From Phenylobacterium sp. (GTDB taxonomy: Bacteria; Pseudomonadota; Alphaproteobacteria; Caulobacterales; Caulobacteraceae), in NCBI RefSeq assembly GCF_036563385.1, contig NZ_DATCML010000015.1, positions 203,616 to 267,615 on the forward strand: a stretch of DNA of 64,000 nucleotides. Reading direction: 5' to 3'. Numbering within the stretch: the first letter of the stretch is position 1; each line of letters begins with the position of its first letter. The position numbers and the translations under genes were made by a program. The notes under the pieces are model-generated. The model saw only the letters and a list, made by a program, of their open reading frames with translations, did no database searches and was not told the origin of the DNA. Below, piece after piece: positions 56,297 through 64,000 of the stretch.

Positions 56297-58126
56297 CTAG
56301 ACGCGTCGGCTCGCGATCCACCGGTCCACCCGGGCTTCCAGGATGTCGAGCGGCAGGGAGCCTGCGCCAAGCACAGCCTCGTGGAAGCCCTTCTGGTCGT
56401 ATCGGGGGCCCAGCGCCTGACGGGCCCGGGCGCGTAGCTCCAGGATCTTGACCATCCCCACCTTGTAGGAGGTCGCCTGGCCGGGGTTCACGAGGTAGCG
56501 GCGGATTTCGGAGCGGATCTTCGAGGCCGGCTGTGGAGAGTTGGCGGTGTAGAACTCCAGCGCCTGGGCCTCGCTCCAGCCCTTGTGATGCAGGCCGGTG
56601 TCGACCACCAGGCGGATCGCCCGCCAGATCTCGCGGCCCAGCCGGCCGAAGTCGCTGTAGGGGTCCTTGTAGAAGCCCATCTCCTTGGCCAGCAGCTCGG
56701 AGTAGAGGCCCCAGCCCTCGATGTAGGCGCCGTAGCCGTAGTGGCCGCGGAAGGCGGGCTGGCCGGTCATCTCCTGGGCCAGCATGATCTGCATGTGATG
56801 CCCCGGCCAACCCTCGTGGTAGGCGGTGCCCTCCAGCTCGAACGTCGGCGTGCCGCCCATGTCGGCCAGGTGGACATAGAAGATCCCCGGGCGCGAAGCC
56901 TCGGGGGCGCCGGAGTTGTAGTGCGCCGCGCCGCCGGCCTCCTCGCGGAAGGCTTCCACCCGCTTCACGATCAACGGCGCCTTCGGCAGCCGCCCGAACT
57001 GTTCCGGCAGGCGCGCGTGGATCCCCGCCAGGTAGTCCTCGGCCGCCTTGAGGTAGGTCGCGCGGCCGGCCTCCGTGTTCGGCAGGAAGAAGCTCTTTTC
57101 GGTCCGCATGTGGGCGAAGAATTCCTCGAGCGAACCTGTGAAGCCGATCTTTGCCTTCAGCGTCTCCATCTCGGCCCGGATCCGCTTCACCTCGGACAGG
57201 CCGAGTTCGTGGATCTGGTCCGGCGTCATGCCGGTGGTGGTCTGCAGGCGCACCAGGGCCTGGTAATAGTCGCGGCCGTTCGGCAGGGCGTGCGCCCCCT
57301 GCGGCTCGGCTGTGGTCTTCTCCCGCTCGGCCGTCAGCCAGGCGGCCACCCGCTCATAGGCGGGCTTCATCGAACCCGTCATCGCCTGGGCCTGGGAGCC
57401 CAGCAGCCGGTCGGCGCGCGCCTGGTCGATCTTTCCCGCCTTGCGCAGGGCGGCCACCTTGGCCTTGGCGTCCGCGAACAGGGCGGAGTCCCCGCCGCCG
57501 TCGAACGGCGCCCCGGTGGTCAGGCGCTTCACCTCCTCCAACGCCTGGTCGAAGGCGAAGCGGGGCGGCCGCACGCCTTCGGCGGCCGCCCGGCGCGCGC
57601 GGACCAGGGCCTGGTCCAGGGCCGGGCCGATCGCCCGGGTCCGGGCGACATAGGCCTCCATGTCGGCCGCGTCGGCGACAGCGTGCTCGTTGATCAGGAA
57701 GTTGGGCAGGCCGCTCTGCGGGCCGCCGCGCACGAAGATGTAGTTCCGCCGCCGCCAGCGGGCGTCCGTCTCGGCGCGCTCCAGCTCCAGGGCCCACATG
57801 TCGTACGAGGTGCGCGCCTCGTCGCTGAGCTTCGTCCCGGCGAACTGCGCCTTCATCTTGGCCACGCTCTGCCGGCGCCAGGCCAGCTGCCGATCGAGAA
57901 AGGCCTCGCTGCGGTCGGTGAGCTCCGAATAGCGCTCCTTGCGCCCCAGCCGGGTCAGCCACTCGGGGTCCATGCGGACCTCCTCCTCGAACTGAGCGTC
58001 GAGGAAGGCGGTCAGCCGCCGGTCCGCCTCGCTGGCGCCCTGCGCCAGGGCGGGGCCCGCCAGGGCGGTGGCGCCCAGCAGGGACAGGCTGAACTCGCGT
58101 CGGGAAATCGGCATCGGGGTCTCCAC
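56297..58126 (-). CDS. DUF885-family protein (putative metallopeptidase-like) with Tat-type signal
   Basis: 609 aa. SRREFSLSLLGATALAG is a Tat-like leader. HEGWPGHHMQ is the conserved DUF885 motif. Confidence 0.8.
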   Translation of the reverse strand: METPMPISRREFSLSLLGATALAGPALAQGASEADRRLTAFLDAQFEEEVRMDPEWLTRLGRKERYSELTDRSEAFLDRQLAWRRQSVAKMKAQFAGTKLSDEARTSYDMWALELERAETDARWRRRNYIFVRGGPQSGLPNFLINEHAVADAADMEAYVARTRAIGPALDQALVRARRAAAEGVRPPRFAFDQALEEVKRLTTGAPFDGGGDSALFADAKAKVAALRKAGKIDQARADRLLGSQAQAMTGSMKPAYERVAAWLTAEREKTTAEPQGAHALPNGRDYYQALVRLQTTTGMTPDQIHELGLSEVKRIRAEMETLKAKIGFTGSLEEFFAHMRTEKSFFLPNTEAGRATYLKAAEDYLAGIHARLPEQFGRLPKAPLIVKRVEAFREEAGGAAHYNSGAPEASRPGIFYVHLADMGGTPTFELEGTAYHEGWPGHHMQIMLAQEMTGQPAFRGHYGYGAYIEGWGLYSELLAKEMGFYKDPYSDFGRLGREIWRAIRLVVDTGLHHKGWSEAQALEFYTANSPQPASKIRSEIRRYLVNPGQATSYKVGMVKILELRARARQALGPRYDQKGFHEAVLGAGSLPLDILEARVDRWIASRRV

Positions 58127-58402
58127 TCTTGCGCCACGCCTAGCGGGCTTGGCTGGTGGAGGGAAGGGGAGGCCGGGGATCTCGCTCCCCGGCGGCGGCC
58201 GGCTCCCTGTCCGGGGGGACGTAGCCGACTGCGGGCGATGTCTTCGGCTCTGACCCGCTTACCGTTCGGCTACCCTTCGGAGGTGAAACCGAGGCGGCGA
58301 GACTCGCGCGCCGCGGGAACTCCTGCAACCTTCGCGGGGCTCGAAATGGGCTTAGCTTCCTAAGTCCCCAGTCGCGCGCTGCGCGCCATTGCGCAGCCGG
58401 GC

Positions 58403-58439
58403 GCGCCGCCTGCGCCAACCCGCTTGGCGCAGGCGGCGC
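58403..58439 (+). other. 16-bp perfect stem-loop 20 nt upstream of the corA start codon
   Basis: gcgccgcctgcgccaa-cccgc-ttggcgcaggcggcgc is read directly. No T-run on either strand. No recognisable Shine-Dalgarno between it and ATG 58460. Confidence 0.6.
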
Positions 58440-58459
58440 CGGCCTGCTAGGCCTCGCCC

Positions 58460-59428
58460 ATGAGCGTCGTCGCCGCCTACGCCTATCGAAACGGGGTCCC
58501 CGTCCGGAGCCTCTCGCTCGACGAGCCGGCCGGCCTGGCGCTCGCCCCGGACGAGTTCGCCTGGATCGGCCTCTTCGAGCCGTCCGCCGAGGAGCTCCGG
58601 GTGGTGGCCGACCGGTTCGGCCTGCACCCCCTGGCCGTGGAGGACGCCCTCAAGGCCCACCAGTTGCCGAAGGCCGAGGCCTATGACTCGCAACTCTTCG
58701 TTGTCGCCAAGACCGCTCGCATCGAGGACAACGAGATCCTCTACGGCGAGACCCATGTGTTCCTCGGCCCGCAGCACATCGTCACCGTCCGCCACGGCTC
58801 CGCCCGCGCCCACACCGACCTGCGCGTCCAGCTCGAGGCCGCGCCACGGCTGCTCGCCCACGGCGGCGACTATGTTCTTCACGCCATCCTGGACTTCGTG
58901 GTCGACGGCTACCTGCCGATCGTCGACCAGATCGAGGACGAGGTGCTGGCGATGGAACGCCAGACGCTGGACGCCTTCCTCACCCGCGACGAGATCACCC
59001 GCATTTTCGCGCTGAGGCGCGAACTGATGCGCTTCCGCCGGATCCTTGGGCCCACAGAGGAGATGGCCGCCCGGCTCGAGCACCTCGAGCTTCCTTGCAT
59101 CGACGCTGAGGCGCGGCCCTATTTCCGCGACGTCCTCGATCACGTCCGCCGCGTCGCCCTGCGGGTCGAGGGCCTGCGCGAGGTGCTCTCGTCAGTGTTC
59201 GAGGTGGCTAACCTGCTGGAGCAGCAGCGGCAGGGGGCCATCACCCGCAAGCTGGCCGCCTGGGCCGCGATCCTGGCCGTGCCCACCGCCATCGCCGGGA
59301 TCTACGGCATGAACTTCGAGAACATGCCCGAGCTGCGGGCCCGCTACGGCTACTACGCGGTCCTGGCGGCGATCGCCGTCGTCTGCGGCGTCCTCTATGC
59401 GCGGTTCAAGCAATCTCGCTGGCTTTGA
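58460..59428 (+). CDS. corA: Magnesium/cobalt transporter CorA
   Basis: 322 aa. Signature GIYGMNFENMPEL (GMN motif) followed by a C-terminal TM helix. Confidence 0.92.
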   Translation: MSVVAAYAYRNGVPVRSLSLDEPAGLALAPDEFAWIGLFEPSAEELRVVADRFGLHPLAVEDALKAHQLPKAEAYDSQLFVVAKTARIEDNEILYGETHVFLGPQHIVTVRHGSARAHTDLRVQLEAAPRLLAHGGDYVLHAILDFVVDGYLPIVDQIEDEVLAMERQTLDAFLTRDEITRIFALRRELMRFRRILGPTEEMAARLEHLELPCIDAEARPYFRDVLDHVRRVALRVEGLREVLSSVFEVANLLEQQRQGAITRKLAAWAAILAVPTAIAGIYGMNFENMPELRARYGYYAVLAAIAVVCGVLYARFKQSRWL

Positions 59429-59503
59429 GGAACCGGGGCCCGCACACGGCGCTTAGAACGGTGCAGCGGCAGGCGCTCCCCCCGAGCCGGTAAGCCGCAG
59501 CAA

Positions 59504-59545
59504 GACCCCGTCGCTCGTCAGGCGAGCGACGGGGTCTCGTTTTGT
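59504..59545 (+). terminator. Rho-independent terminator downstream of corA
   Basis: 14-bp perfect stem gaccccgtcgctcg/cgagcgacggggtc, followed by tcgttttgt. Confidence 0.8.
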
Positions 59546-59593
59546 GGGTGACGGGGTGCGGCGGGAGCCGCCGCGGGCGTAGGAGCCGTCAGC

Positions 59594-59953
59594 ATGGCCA
59601 GCATTCTCCTCGTGGAGGACGAGCCGTTCGTGGCCGAACTTGTGGAGGAGGCCCTCAGCGACGCTGGGCTCCAGGTGAAGGTGGCGCGGGATCACCGCTC
59701 CGCGGTGGCCGTGCTGGAGGGGGACGCGCGCAGCTTCGCCGCCGTGGTCACGGACATCAACCTCGGCCCTGGCGCCACCGGCTTCGAGGTGGCTCGAAAG
59801 GCGCGCGAGCTGAACGCCGGCATCAAGGTCGTCTACATCACCGGACACGCCGCCCATCTGGCCCGGCAGGGCGTGGAGGATGCGCTGATGTTCCCGAAGC
59901 CTTTCGACGCTCTGGAGCTCGCCCAGCGCGTGCGTCGCCTGCTGGACAGCTAG
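59594..59953 (+). CDS. Single-domain response regulator (receiver only)
   Basis: 119 aa. ILLVEDEPFV, phospho-acceptor context VVTDINLGPG, and KPF near the C-terminus. Confidence 0.85.
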   Translation: MASILLVEDEPFVAELVEEALSDAGLQVKVARDHRSAVAVLEGDARSFAAVVTDINLGPGATGFEVARKARELNAGIKVVYITGHAAHLARQGVEDALMFPKPFDALELAQRVRRLLDS

Positions 59954-60171
59954 AGCCGGGCTGCGCCGTCGTCACGGAAGGTTCGCGGGTCGCCCGGCAG
60001 CTTGACGGTCGCCCCCGCGGCGCGCAGCTCCGCGACACGGCGCTCGTCAAAACCCGGCACGCACGCCACCTCGCCCCAGCTGAGATAAGGACGCCAGAGG
60101 ATCAGGTCGTAGGCGCTTTCCAGCCCAACGAGCTTGGTCAGGCCGGCCAAGCTTGCCGTGTTTAGGTCCAT
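59950..60171 (-). CDS. Helix-hairpin-helix (ComEA-like) small protein
   Basis: 73 aa. MDLNTASLAGLTKLVGL resembles the LNTAS...L..LPGIG HhH motif. Confidence 0.5.
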   Translation of the reverse strand: MDLNTASLAGLTKLVGLESAYDLILWRPYLSWGEVACVPGFDERRVAELRAAGATVKLPGDPRTFRDDGAARL

Positions 60172-60238
60172 GCGCCGCCTCCCGCGGTCGTGGAGCCCGC
60201 CCCAGTGGGCCTACAACAAATGTGAACCTGACCAGTTC

Positions 60239-61273
60239 CTACGGCTCACCTCGCTCCGCCTGCGCACGGCGCAGGGTGTGTCCGGCTAGCGCCAGCACCG
60301 CCAGCAGCAGCGGCAACAGGAAGTAGGCGAGCCGGTAGCCCAGGAAGGCGGCGGCCAGGGCCGCGGCCGGAACCCTGGGAAGCAGCGCGGAGAGCGTGCC
60401 CTCGAACACGCCGGCGCCGGCCGGGACGGTGGAGATCAGGCCCGCCACGCAGGCGATGGCGTAGGCGCCGATGAACGCCAGATAATCCACCGCGCCGGGC
60501 GGCAGGAGGATCCAGATGATCGCGGCGGCCGTCGCGTTGTCGGCGGCCCCCACCACCAGCTGGACGAGCGCCTTGCCCGCGGAGGGCAGGACCAGGGTGC
60601 GGCCGAGCGCGTGCAGCGGCGTCCGGTGGAAGGCGCAGGTGGCGAGATAGGCCCCGACGCCACTGAGCAGAACGGCGCCGGTCGTTCGGGCGACCGGCGT
60701 CGCGATCGCGCTGGCGGCCAGCGCCTGGGGCGTCGCCAGCAGCAGGCCAACTCCCGCCAGGGTGGAGATGCCCACGGCGAACGAGAAACCCTGGAACAGC
60801 GTGGCGCCGGCCACCTGGGTCAGGCTGACCCCGTAACGTTCGTAGAGCCGGGCGCGCACGGCGCCCGAGACGAGGAGATTGGCGCCGAGAGAGTGCGCGA
60901 TGGCGTTGGCGATGAAGGCTGCGCCGAGCGTGGGCCGCCAGGGGAGGCGGGCGCCGGTCCAGGTGAGGCCGACCTTCTCGACGACACCCATGAGCAGGAA
61001 GCTCAACGCCGAGAACAGCAGGGCGGCCACGATGGACCCTGGTCCCCACCTGCGGACTTCGGTCAGCAGGTCCTGCAGCGCCAGGTGATGGTAGTCCCGC
61101 CACAGGACGTAACCCGCGGCTCCAAGCAGGATGAGCGGCACCAGCCGCAACACCCAGCGACGCAGAAGCGTCCCGAGCGTGGTGCCGCGGTCCGGCAGCG
61201 CTTCGGCAAGTTCGTCCTCCAGCGGGTGGTCCCGCGAGGGCGCACGGTCCGGCGGCGGAACGGAGGGCTGCAC
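60239..61273 (-). CDS. Lysylphosphatidylglycerol-synthase-TM-region (UPF0104/YbhN-like) membrane protein
   Basis: 344 aa with about 8 TM helices. The pattern [23 protein letters not shown]...[25 protein letters not shown] resembles the LPG_synthase_TM family. Confidence 0.6.
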   Translation of the reverse strand: MQPSVPPPDRAPSRDHPLEDELAEALPDRGTTLGTLLRRWVLRLVPLILLGAAGYVLWRDYHHLALQDLLTEVRRWGPGSIVAALLFSALSFLLMGVVEKVGLTWTGARLPWRPTLGAAFIANAIAHSLGANLLVSGAVRARLYERYGVSLTQVAGATLFQGFSFAVGISTLAGVGLLLATPQALAASAIATPVARTTGAVLLSGVGAYLATCAFHRTPLHALGRTLVLPSAGKALVQLVVGAADNATAAAIIWILLPPGAVDYLAFIGAYAIACVAGLISTVPAGAGVFEGTLSALLPRVPAAALAAAFLGYRLAYFLLPLLLAVLALAGHTLRRAQAERGEP

Positions 61274-61381
61274 GCGTCTGATGTCTCAGGAGTCGGGCGG
61301 GGCGTCACGCGGCGGCGGGAACCGAAGGTCATGGCGCAGGTTTTCGCCGCGGACCCCGTTTCAGCGAGGAGGAGACGAGCC

Positions 61382-62038
61382 ATGGCGCGCGACGATTGGC
61401 GGGACCGCGATGAGGGGCGCTGGGAGCGCCAGAGCCGGCCGCGCGAGCGCGACGACTTCGGACAGGCGGACTACTCCACGGACTACAGCTACGACCCACG
61501 CCGCCGCGCCGGTTATCGGGTCGAGGAGGACGCCAGCTTCCGTCGTGAGGACTTCGGGCAGGCGGACTACTCGACCGACTTCGCCTACGATCGGGAGCGC
61601 GGCGTCGGCTACCGCCGCTTTGCCGATGGCGATCGGACCGACCAAGCTGGGCCGACTGACAGCGGCGACTACCGTAGCGAGCGTCGGGACGATGCGCGGC
61701 GACATGGCCCGGAACGCCACGACGGTCGTTCCTGGCGAGAGCGGGCCGGGGGCCTGTTCGGCGGCCGCGGGCACGAGGATGAGCGTCAGGCGCGCCGCCG
61801 CGGCCCATCCGACCGGGTGCTATGGGCGGTGATCGTCGAGCGACTGGAGGACGAGCGACGGCTCGATCTGCGCGATGTCGACGTCCTGGTCGAGGACGGT
61901 GAGGTCACCTTGAACGGCACAGTCCGGCGCAAGGAGGACAAGCGCCGGATCGAGGACATCGCCGACATCGACGGGGTCCGCCACGTGCAGAACAACCTGC
62001 GCGTACGGGACCGCGACCGAGGCTGGACCTTCATCTAG
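61382..62038 (+). CDS. BON-domain protein with Arg/Asp-rich repeat-containing N-terminal half
   Basis: ATG 61382 is preceded by GAGGAGGAG. The C-terminal VDVLVEDGEVTLNGTVRRKEDKRRIEDIADIDGVRHVQNNLRV is a BON domain. Two copies of DFGQADYSTD[YF]xYD. Confidence 0.75.
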   Translation: MARDDWRDRDEGRWERQSRPRERDDFGQADYSTDYSYDPRRRAGYRVEEDASFRREDFGQADYSTDFAYDRERGVGYRRFADGDRTDQAGPTDSGDYRSERRDDARRHGPERHDGRSWRERAGGLFGGRGHEDERQARRRGPSDRVLWAVIVERLEDERRLDLRDVDVLVEDGEVTLNGTVRRKEDKRRIEDIADIDGVRHVQNNLRVRDRDRGWTFI

Positions 62039-62439
62039 CTCCGCGGAAATCGCCGGCGAAAGCGCTCGACCAGCACGGGCGCGACCGCCGCGGTCAGCCC
62101 GCCGAGATCGGCCACCCAGTTGTCGGACAACGGCCCCAGCGGCGCGCCGGCGGCGAGGTGCAGCGCCTCAAGGAAGGTGGCGAAGCCGCCTACCGCGAGC
62201 GTGACGCTGCGCAGCCGCATGCGCGGCATCGCAGCGAGGGCGCAGAGCATCAGCACGTAGAAGGCGGCGAAGTGCTGCAGGTTGGGTGACCGGACGAAGT
62301 CAGGCACCAGCTCGGGCGGCAGGAACTTGGCGATGATGATCGCCGCCGCAGCGGCAAGCACGGCGAGCCGGGCGAGCACCGCGAGGGGGCCCGACTCCGG
62401 GTAGCGCCCATCTCCAAACAGCGTGCGGTCTTCGCTCAC
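62035..62439 (-). CDS. Hypothetical membrane protein (134 aa)
   Basis: Three or four hydrophobic helices. High GC3. No family recognised. Confidence 0.45.
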   Translation of the reverse strand: MSEDRTLFGDGRYPESGPLAVLARLAVLAAAAAIIIAKFLPPELVPDFVRSPNLQHFAAFYVLMLCALAAMPRMRLRSVTLAVGGFATFLEALHLAAGAPLGPLSDNWVADLGGLTAAVAPVLVERFRRRFPRS

Positions 62440-62523
62440 GCGGCCTCCCTCCGTGCGGCGCCGAGCCTAGGGGCGAAGCTGGCGTGGCGGAACCCCCAAG
62501 CGGCGCCGACGCGTTTCAAGGAC

Positions 62524-62838
62524 ATGACCAAGGCCATCACCGTCAACATCCCCCATGAGCTCGGCCGCGCCGAGGCGCGCCGGCGGATCGAGGAGGGTTT
62601 CGAGCGATTCTCCGCCCAGATGGGCGGAGCCGCCGGGGCTTTCACGAAAAGCTGGGATGGAAACCGGCTGAGCTTCGCAGTCCAGGCCATGGGCCAGGCG
62701 ATCTCCGGCTCCATAGACGTCGAGGAAGCTTCCGTCCGGCTCGAGGTTCTGTTGCCGAACCTGCTCGCGCTGGTCGCCGGCAAGTTGAAGGGGCGGCTCC
62801 AGAAGGAGGGGCAGATCCTCCTCGACCACAAAAAATAG
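62524..62838 (+). CDS. Polyhydroxyalkanoic-acid-system family protein
   Basis: 104 aa. MTKAITVNIPHELGRAEARRRIEEGF...W.GN.L.F and the C-terminal KLKGRLQKEG match the small PHA-system protein family as I recall it. Confidence 0.65.
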   Translation: MTKAITVNIPHELGRAEARRRIEEGFERFSAQMGGAAGAFTKSWDGNRLSFAVQAMGQAISGSIDVEEASVRLEVLLPNLLALVAGKLKGRLQKEGQILLDHKK

Positions 62839-62922
62839 CCGGTCCAGCAGCGCTTTGTCGGCTGCCGTACAAAGGCCCGTGGCGTCGCTCCGCTAGCTTC
62901 CGCCCCTCGGAGGGGGCGAATC

Positions 62923-63108
62923 GTGGCGGCGTACCGGGTCCAGGTTCTGGACGACGACGGTGGGCTTGTGGTGGGCGCGACTTTGAACTGCGTCGACGAC
63001 GCCGCGGCGAAAGCCAAGTTCGCCCAGTTGCCGCTGCCGCCCGGCCGCGCGGAGCTCTGGCTCGGCAAGCGGCTTGTGACCCGCCGGCTCAGCGAGCCCG
63101 CCGCCTGA
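62923..63108 (+). CDS. Hypothetical small protein (61 aa)
   Basis: GTG-initiated ORF with high GC3. No motif. Weak support. Confidence 0.3.
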   Translation: MAAYRVQVLDDDGGLVVGATLNCVDDAAAKAKFAQLPLPPGRAELWLGKRLVTRRLSEPAA

Positions 63109-63121
63109 GCAACCTCGCCTG

Positions 63122-63152
63122 AAAAAAAGGGCGGTGGATCGCTCCACCGCCC
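63122..63152 (-). terminator. Rho-independent terminator downstream of the partial TonB-dependent receptor gene
   Basis: Stem gggcggtgga/tccaccgccc, loop tcgc (GCGA on minus), followed on the minus strand by T7. Confidence 0.85.
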
Positions 63153-63177
63153 CTTCCTGTCACCCGTCGGGGGCAGC

Positions 63178-64000
63178 CTAGAAGTCGGCCGACAGCCCGA
63201 TGAACACGTACCGGCCGAAGGCGTCGTACACCTGCGGCCAGGTGTTCCCGTTGCACGGCCCGGTCGGGCAGTTCGATGAACCGTTCAGCGGCGGATCCTT
63301 GTCGAACAGGTTGTTGACGCCCGCCCGGAAGTTGACCGAGTCCTTCACGGTCCAGGTGGCCGTCAGATCGAAGTAGTCCCGCGAGGCGAGCTTACGATCG
63401 GTCTCGAACTGCAGCGCCGGGTTGTTCAACTGCGGGTCGTCGGAATAGGCGTCGAGCGTGACGCTGGAGAAGTGGCGCCACTGCAGGGACACGCCCACGC
63501 TGTTGATCCAGTCACCCCAGGCGAACGGGGTGTTCCAGGTGACCCGCGCCTTGTGCCGCCATTCCGGGTTCGGTGACGACAGACCGCCCGAGACCGAGCA
63601 GATCGTGCCGTAGAGGCCCGTGCAGTCGAAGGGTTCCAGTTCGGGCAGGGACTGGGTCTCGAGCTTGTCGAGCCAGGTGCCGACGAAGGACAGCGACACG
63701 CCGCCCATGTCAGCCAGGCCGAACCGGTCGAGATCGGTGCGGTAGCCCGCGTTGATGTCGACGCCGCTGGTCCGCAGGGAGCCCGTGTTCAGGGTCTGGT
63801 TGATGATGAACCCCTGCGGCGACAGGTAGAGCGAGCCCTGCTGGTCGCGCACCACCTTGCCGCAGAAGAACGGGTCGAGCGTCTCCAGGCACCGGTTGAT
63901 GATCAGGTCGGCGCCGATGGGCGAGATGTAGTCCTTCACCTTGATGTCGAACCAGTCGACCGAGAGGTTGAGCCCCGGCAGGTAGGACGGCTGGTAGATG
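63178..64000 (-). CDS. TonB-dependent receptor, C-terminal part (partial, continues beyond window)
   Basis: The frame stays open to the window edge (…LNLSVDWFDIKVKDYISPIG…). Beta-barrel strand pattern. Ends FIGLSADF with a terminal aromatic. Confidence 0.85.
   Translation of the reverse strand, partial: IYQPSYLPGLNLSVDWFDIKVKDYISPIGADLIINRCLETLDPFFCGKVVRDQQGSLYLSPQGFIINQTLNTGSLRTSGVDINAGYRTDLDRFGLADMGGVSLSFVGTWLDKLETQSLPELEPFDCTGLYGTICSVSGGLSSPNPEWRHKARVTWNTPFAWGDWINSVGVSLQWRHFSSVTLDAYSDDPQLNNPALQFETDRKLASRDYFDLTATWTVKDSVNFRAGVNNLFDKDPPLNGSSNCPTGPCNGNTWPQVYDAFGRYVFIGLSADF

Overview
High-GC window (hand-counted samples about 67% G+C in coding DNA) whose gene content and order look like an alphaproteobacterial chromosome, probably Caulobacterales-like (inference). 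I found no rRNA, tRNA, CRISPR array, transposase or integrase. Most of it is core genome. This includes a suf Fe-S cluster operon (sufC-sufD-sufS-DUF59-iscA/sufA), parE, glnB-glnA, rpsF-rpsR-rplI, fabD-fabG-acpP-fabF-mltG-yicC-gmk, corA and nnr. There are three TonB-dependent receptors (one partial), and several signalling genes: a PAS/GAF hybrid histidine kinase, a LOV-like HisKA_2 kinase, a GGDEF cyclase, and MerR and LysR regulators. The main item is an accessory block of about 10.6 kb (about 33988-44580) between rpsF-rpsR-rplI and fabD. Inside it is a five-gene minus-strand operon (36846-42796) laid out like an archaic chaperone-usher fimbrial system: two small secreted subunits, a PapD-like periplasmic chaperone, a 940-aa usher-like outer-membrane protein, and a two-domain tip-like subunit. 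The subunits resemble the uncharacterised DUF4402 family rather than known pilin families. All three end in the same G-x-Y-x-G-x7-Y-N tail, which matches the classical pilin rule of Gly at -14 and a penultimate Tyr. An RTX/cadherin-like secreted protein lies just downstream, and a 620-bp lower-GC non-coding leader lies upstream. Other points of interest: a LOV-like kinase lacking the photoactive Cys and most flavin-contact residues; a Kazal-like lipoprotein divergent from an M61 peptidase; a TonB receptor / glutaryl-7-ACA-acylase-like / small secreted protein operon behind a 515-nt structured leader; a LysR-linked FAD monooxygenase-SnoaL-kinase operon; REP-like inverted repeats; terminators with a GCGA tetraloop; and four convergent gene pairs sharing a CTAG double stop. 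All family assignments come from reading motifs in the translations. No database search was run.
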